Below are positions 60,285 through 64,000 of a stretch of DNA of 64,000 nucleotides, in pieces. The notes below the pieces were generated by a model, which saw nothing but the letters and a program-made list of their open reading frames with translations, was not told the DNA's origin and did no database searches. A program made the translations under genes and the position numbers. This stretch comes from Cenarchaeum sp. (GTDB lineage Archaea > Thermoproteota > Nitrososphaeria > Nitrososphaerales > Nitrosopumilaceae): NCBI GenBank assembly GCA_965206845.1, contig OZ242221.1:864001-928000 (forward strand), written 5' to 3'. The first letter of the stretch is position 1. Each line of letters begins with the position of its first letter.

Positions 60285-61037
60285 ATGAGCAGAAGAGTTG
60301 AAGAGTATCTAAAATCAGAAGCAAAGAAGGTAAACGCCTTGGTGTTTGTGCTCATAGACTCTGAAATCTCCAATATGGACGCATCGATCAAGCTGGCAAG
60401 AGGCGTAGAGCAGGCCGGCGCCTCGGCCATTTTGGTGGGCGGTTCGTCCGCCACGGACCAGATGGGCATGTCCCAGACCGTCCAGGCCATCAAAAAGTCG
60501 GTTAAGATACCGGTGATACTGTTTCCTGGTAATATCACAGGCATAGTGCCAGAGGCAGACGCAATCTTCTTCAGCTGCCTTATGAACTCCGACAACCCGT
60601 ATTTCATTACACAGGCACAGGCATTAGGAGCCCCCAGCGTGCTCAAATTCGGTTTGGAGGCGCTACCCACCGCATACCTGATAATTGGCCAGGGCACCTC
60701 TGCGTGGTTTGTGGGCTCCGCCAGGGGGATTCCCCTTGGGAAGCCAAATATTGCCGCAGCCTACGCTCTGGCGGCTCGGTTCTTTGGCATGCGGTTTGTG
60801 TATCTTGAGGCTGGGTCTGGCGCCGCAACGAACGTAAACCCGGAGATGGTCAGGGCCGTCCGACGGGCCTTTGACGGGTTTTTGATCGTGGGTGGCGGAA
60901 TACGCGATGCCGGAACGGCAAAACAACTAGCTGATGCTGGCGCCGATGCCTTGGTGATTGGAACCCTGCTAGAGCAAGACGGCAAGCTGGAGACCTTGGT
61001 AGAGATAACAAAAACAATTCAAGGCAGAACGGCTTAA
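60285..61037 (+). CDS. geranylgeranylglyceryl phosphate synthase
   Basis: ILVGGS, PVILFPG, YLEAGSGA and VGGGIR motifs. Confidence 0.93.
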   Translation: MSRRVEEYLKSEAKKVNALVFVLIDSEISNMDASIKLARGVEQAGASAILVGGSSATDQMGMSQTVQAIKKSVKIPVILFPGNITGIVPEADAIFFSCLMNSDNPYFITQAQALGAPSVLKFGLEALPTAYLIIGQGTSAWFVGSARGIPLGKPNIAAAYALAARFFGMRFVYLEAGSGAATNVNPEMVRAVRRAFDGFLIVGGGIRDAGTAKQLADAGADALVIGTLLEQDGKLETLVEITKTIQGRTA

Positions 61038-61044
61038 ATCTGTC

Positions 61045-64000
61045 ATGTCCGAGGATGATACCTCCACCAAACTGAGGGATACTGACATGCCCCCGTACTA
61101 CTTTGACTACTACACCTCTCTGTCACAAAAATCATACAAGCTTTTTGAGACCGCGGCGGGTCCTAAATCCTCGCTGGCAGACTCGTCAAGCGGCGTGGAG
61201 CCGAAGATCGCCTTTGATCTTGCCGATCGCGTGGCCAAAATGCACGATATCGACATCGCCGCTCCGATAAGAGATCTGTTAGAGACCAACGGAAAGGAGA
61301 TCACCGCCCTGCTTCTCTCAAAGGAGCTTGCCTTGGGCAAATACCTTCCCAGCGACGCAAGCCTAGAGGAGCGGTTGGACGCGGCAGTCAGGGTGGGTTT
61401 GGCAATAGTGACCGAGGGGGTTACCATCGCGCCACTGCAGGGAATATCCGATGTCAGAATAAGGCAGAACGCAGACAACACGGACTATCTCTCCATATCC
61501 ATTGCCGGGCCGATGCGCTCGGCGGGCGGTACAGAGTCTGCCGTCACAATGCTGATTGCCGATCATGTGAGAAAGGCCGTCGGCCTGTCGACATACAAGG
61601 CAAACTCGTTTGATGATGAAACCGGACGCTTTGTCGAGGAGCTTAGAATCTATGAGCGAGAGGCCAGTAACTTTCAGTACCACGTGCTAGACGAGGACAT
61701 AGTCCGAACAATCTCCAACCTGCCAGTTGAGCTGGATGGGGTGGATACGGATCCATATGAGGTTGTAAACCACAAGTCGATGCGTCGGATTAAAACAGAC
61801 CGGGTTCGGGGCGGCGCCCTGCGCGTGCTCAACGACGGCCTGATCGGCCGTGCCAAGAAACTCCTCAAGAGGGTAGAGGTATACGATCTAGACGGGTGGG
61901 AATGGCTCAAAGACCTCAAGGGCGCCGTCCAGACCGGCGACAAGCAGGAAGATGCAGCTACAAAGCGGATGAGCGAGGTAATTACCGGCCGTTCCGTGTT
62001 GTCCATGCCAAAAAAACTGGGCGGATTCCGGCTCAGATATGGCCGAGCTTGCAATACGGGCTTTGCGGCCGTGGGGTTCCACCCCATCATAGGGGAGATT
62101 CTTGACCACACGATAACCGCGGGAACCCAAATCAAGATCGACATACCCGGCAAGGGCGCCACCGTGGCATTTGTGGACTCGCTGGAGACACCCGTTGTGC
62201 GCCTTAGGGACGGAAGCGTCGTGAGGATCAGGGACATCAAGCACGGGCTTGAGCTAAAGGCCGACATAGAAAAGATACTCCACCTGGGGGACATCTTGAT
62301 CTCCTTTGGCGACTTTCTTGAGAACAACGCGCAGCTGGTTCCGTCGGGGTACGTAGAGGAGTTCTGGATCGAGGAGCTGAGACACATCATAAAAAACACC
62401 ACAAGCCCCATACCCGCACAGTTTCTACTGCGGGAGCCTGATCTGGCCGAGTCGTTCCAACTGGCAGAAGACTTTGGCGTTCCCCTGCACCCAAAATTCC
62501 TCTTTTACTGGGATCAAATTACAGCAGATGAGTTTGGACTGATCTTGGAGCCTACTAGCGCGCAAGAGAACACAATCTGCTATGAGATGCGTTGCAAACC
62601 CGTGCTGGAGAAGATGGGGGTGCCGCATACAGTCTCTGACGGGCAGGCCGTCCTAAAGGGCAGCGAGGCCGAGATATTTCACAGGCTGCTGTTCAGGAAC
62701 ACAATCGACACAAAATCCGGCTCTGTTCTTGAGACCATCTCAAGGCACTCTGGAATAAGGATTCGGGCCAAATTCTCCACTTCCATCGGAGCGCGCATAG
62801 GACGGCCCGAGAAGGCTTCCCCCCGGGTAATGAAACCACCAATCCACACACTCTTTCCGGTGGGGCACTGGGGCGGGGCCACCAGGAATCTCATCAAGGC
62901 ATCAAATAACCCGGACTTTGCCACCAGAATCTCAGACCGTACGTGTCCTAAATGCGACTTTCCCTCCTTGGGCATTAGGTGCTCAAAGTGCGGTAGCAAG
63001 ACGCTGCTAAGGTACACATGCCCGTCCTGCCATAGCAAGCTGGACACAAGGTTCTGCCAAAGGTGCAAAAAGACCGCGAGAGGTTACGTGCACAAAAAAT
63101 TTCCATTAAAGGAGATGCTGTTTGATGCCCAGAAGAGGACAGGGATCCGTGCCCAGGAACCATTCAAAGGCGTGATGGAGATGATCAACCAAGACAAGAT
63201 CTCCGAACCTCTGGAGAAGGGACTTATCAGACAGAGCAGGAACCTGACCGTCTTCAAGGACGGAACCGTAAGATTTGACGCAACAAACTGTCCGCTGACC
63301 CACTTCAAACCCGCTTGGATCGGAACACCGGTCTCAAAACTCAGGGAGCTTGGATACCTGACAGACGCCGACGGTCAGCCTCTGGAGAGCCCCGAACAGA
63401 CAGTGGAGCTGCTCATGCAGGATGTTGTCATACCACACACCGCCGGACGATACCTGACCGAGGTCTGCAGATACGTAGACCAGGAGCTTGAGCATTTCTA
63501 CGGGGGGCAGCCATTCTACCACGTGAAAGGAACCGACGATCTGGTGGGTCACCTCATAATCGGTCTGGCTCCCCACACCTCGGTGGGAATAGTCGGGAGG
63601 GTTATCGGGTTCGCAAACACACAAGTCTGCTTTGCAACACCCAACTGGCACTCGGCCAAGCGGCGGGACGCGGACGGCGACGCCGACTCGATAATGCTCC
63701 TGCTGGACACGCTGCTTAACTTCTCCCGCAGGTTTCTCTCAGACAAGATCGGCGGCCTGATGGACGCCCCGCTTCTGATACAGCCGCTGGTCTTCCCTCA
63801 CGAGTCACAGTCCCAGGCGCACAACCTTGAGGTAGTGCGGCGCTACCCTCTGGAGTTCTTCGAGTCCACCATGTCCGAACCCAAGGCCGCAGACATCTCA
63901 TCGGTTGAGATGATTAAATCAAGGCTGGATACCTCCGAGCAGTTCCACGGGTATCACTTTACCCATCCCACTTCATCCCTTGTCACCTCCCAGTCCCGCA
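61045..64000 (+). CDS. polC: DNA polymerase D large subunit DP2 (runs off window; absent from ORF track)
   Basis: Hand translation: EGVTIAPLQGI, AGPMRSAGGT, GGFRLRYGR, GRPEKA, zinc fingers, and HSAKRRDADGDAD catalytic motif. Confidence 0.95.
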   Translation, partial: MSEDDTSTKLRDTDMPPYYFDYYTSLSQKSYKLFETAAGPKSSLADSSSGVEPKIAFDLADRVAKMHDIDIAAPIRDLLETNGKEITALLLSKELALGKYLPSDASLEERLDAAVRVGLAIVTEGVTIAPLQGISDVRIRQNADNTDYLSISIAGPMRSAGGTESAVTMLIADHVRKAVGLSTYKANSFDDETGRFVEELRIYEREASNFQYHVLDEDIVRTISNLPVELDGVDTDPYEVVNHKSMRRIKTDRVRGGALRVLNDGLIGRAKKLLKRVEVYDLDGWEWLKDLKGAVQTGDKQEDAATKRMSEVITGRSVLSMPKKLGGFRLRYGRACNTGFAAVGFHPIIGEILDHTITAGTQIKIDIPGKGATVAFVDSLETPVVRLRDGSVVRIRDIKHGLELKADIEKILHLGDILISFGDFLENNAQLVPSGYVEEFWIEELRHIIKNTTSPIPAQFLLREPDLAESFQLAEDFGVPLHPKFLFYWDQITADEFGLILEPTSAQENTICYEMRCKPVLEKMGVPHTVSDGQAVLKGSEAEIFHRLLFRNTIDTKSGSVLETISRHSGIRIRAKFSTSIGARIGRPEKASPRVMKPPIHTLFPVGHWGGATRNLIKASNNPDFATRISDRTCPKCDFPSLGIRCSKCGSKTLLRYTCPSCHSKLDTRFCQRCKKTARGYVHKKFPLKEMLFDAQKRTGIRAQEPFKGVMEMINQDKISEPLEKGLIRQSRNLTVFKDGTVRFDATNCPLTHFKPAWIGTPVSKLRELGYLTDADGQPLESPEQTVELLMQDVVIPHTAGRYLTEVCRYVDQELEHFYGGQPFYHVKGTDDLVGHLIIGLAPHTSVGIVGRVIGFANTQVCFATPNWHSAKRRDADGDADSIMLLLDTLLNFSRRFLSDKIGGLMDAPLLIQPLVFPHESQSQAHNLEVVRRYPLEFFESTMSEPKAADISSVEMIKSRLDTSEQFHGYHFTHPTSSLVTSQSR

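Noticed and set aside
61045-64000. Intein in DP2
   Set aside because: The visible portion reads continuously through the catalytic motif with no intein signature

Overview
Chromosomal window from an ammonia-oxidising-type archaeon (Nitrosopumilaceae/Thaumarchaeota). The relatively GC-rich sequence, several IS elements and GC-rich intergenic stretches suggest a Cenarchaeum-like host-associated lineage, which is an inference. Most of it is core housekeeping: the CoA operon (PoK, PPS, panB, coaBC), egsA and GGGPS lipid genes, psmB-aCPSF1-sepF, PCNA, TFB, rpoL-TFS, hsp20-cdc48, cobalamin genes bluB and cbiE, and two tRNAs, one with a D-loop intron. The right end holds the replication origin cluster: DP1, cdc6, an ORB-containing oriC, three small putative DNA-binding proteins (one membrane-anchored), GGGPS and a partial DP2. 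Mobile DNA comprises an IS5-like transposase next to a truncated tnpB, a complete IS481 with a 16-bp flanking direct repeat, a complete ISH3 with 20-bp TIRs and a 5-bp TSD, and a probable IS630-type MITE. The best novelty candidates are (i) an oriC-linked module of wHTH proteins with non-ORB TTAACA/TGTTAA and TCAC repeats and a sharp, inverted strand skew, and (ii) an orphan structured element resembling the tnpB omega-RNA/right end. All calls are by eye; no searches were run.
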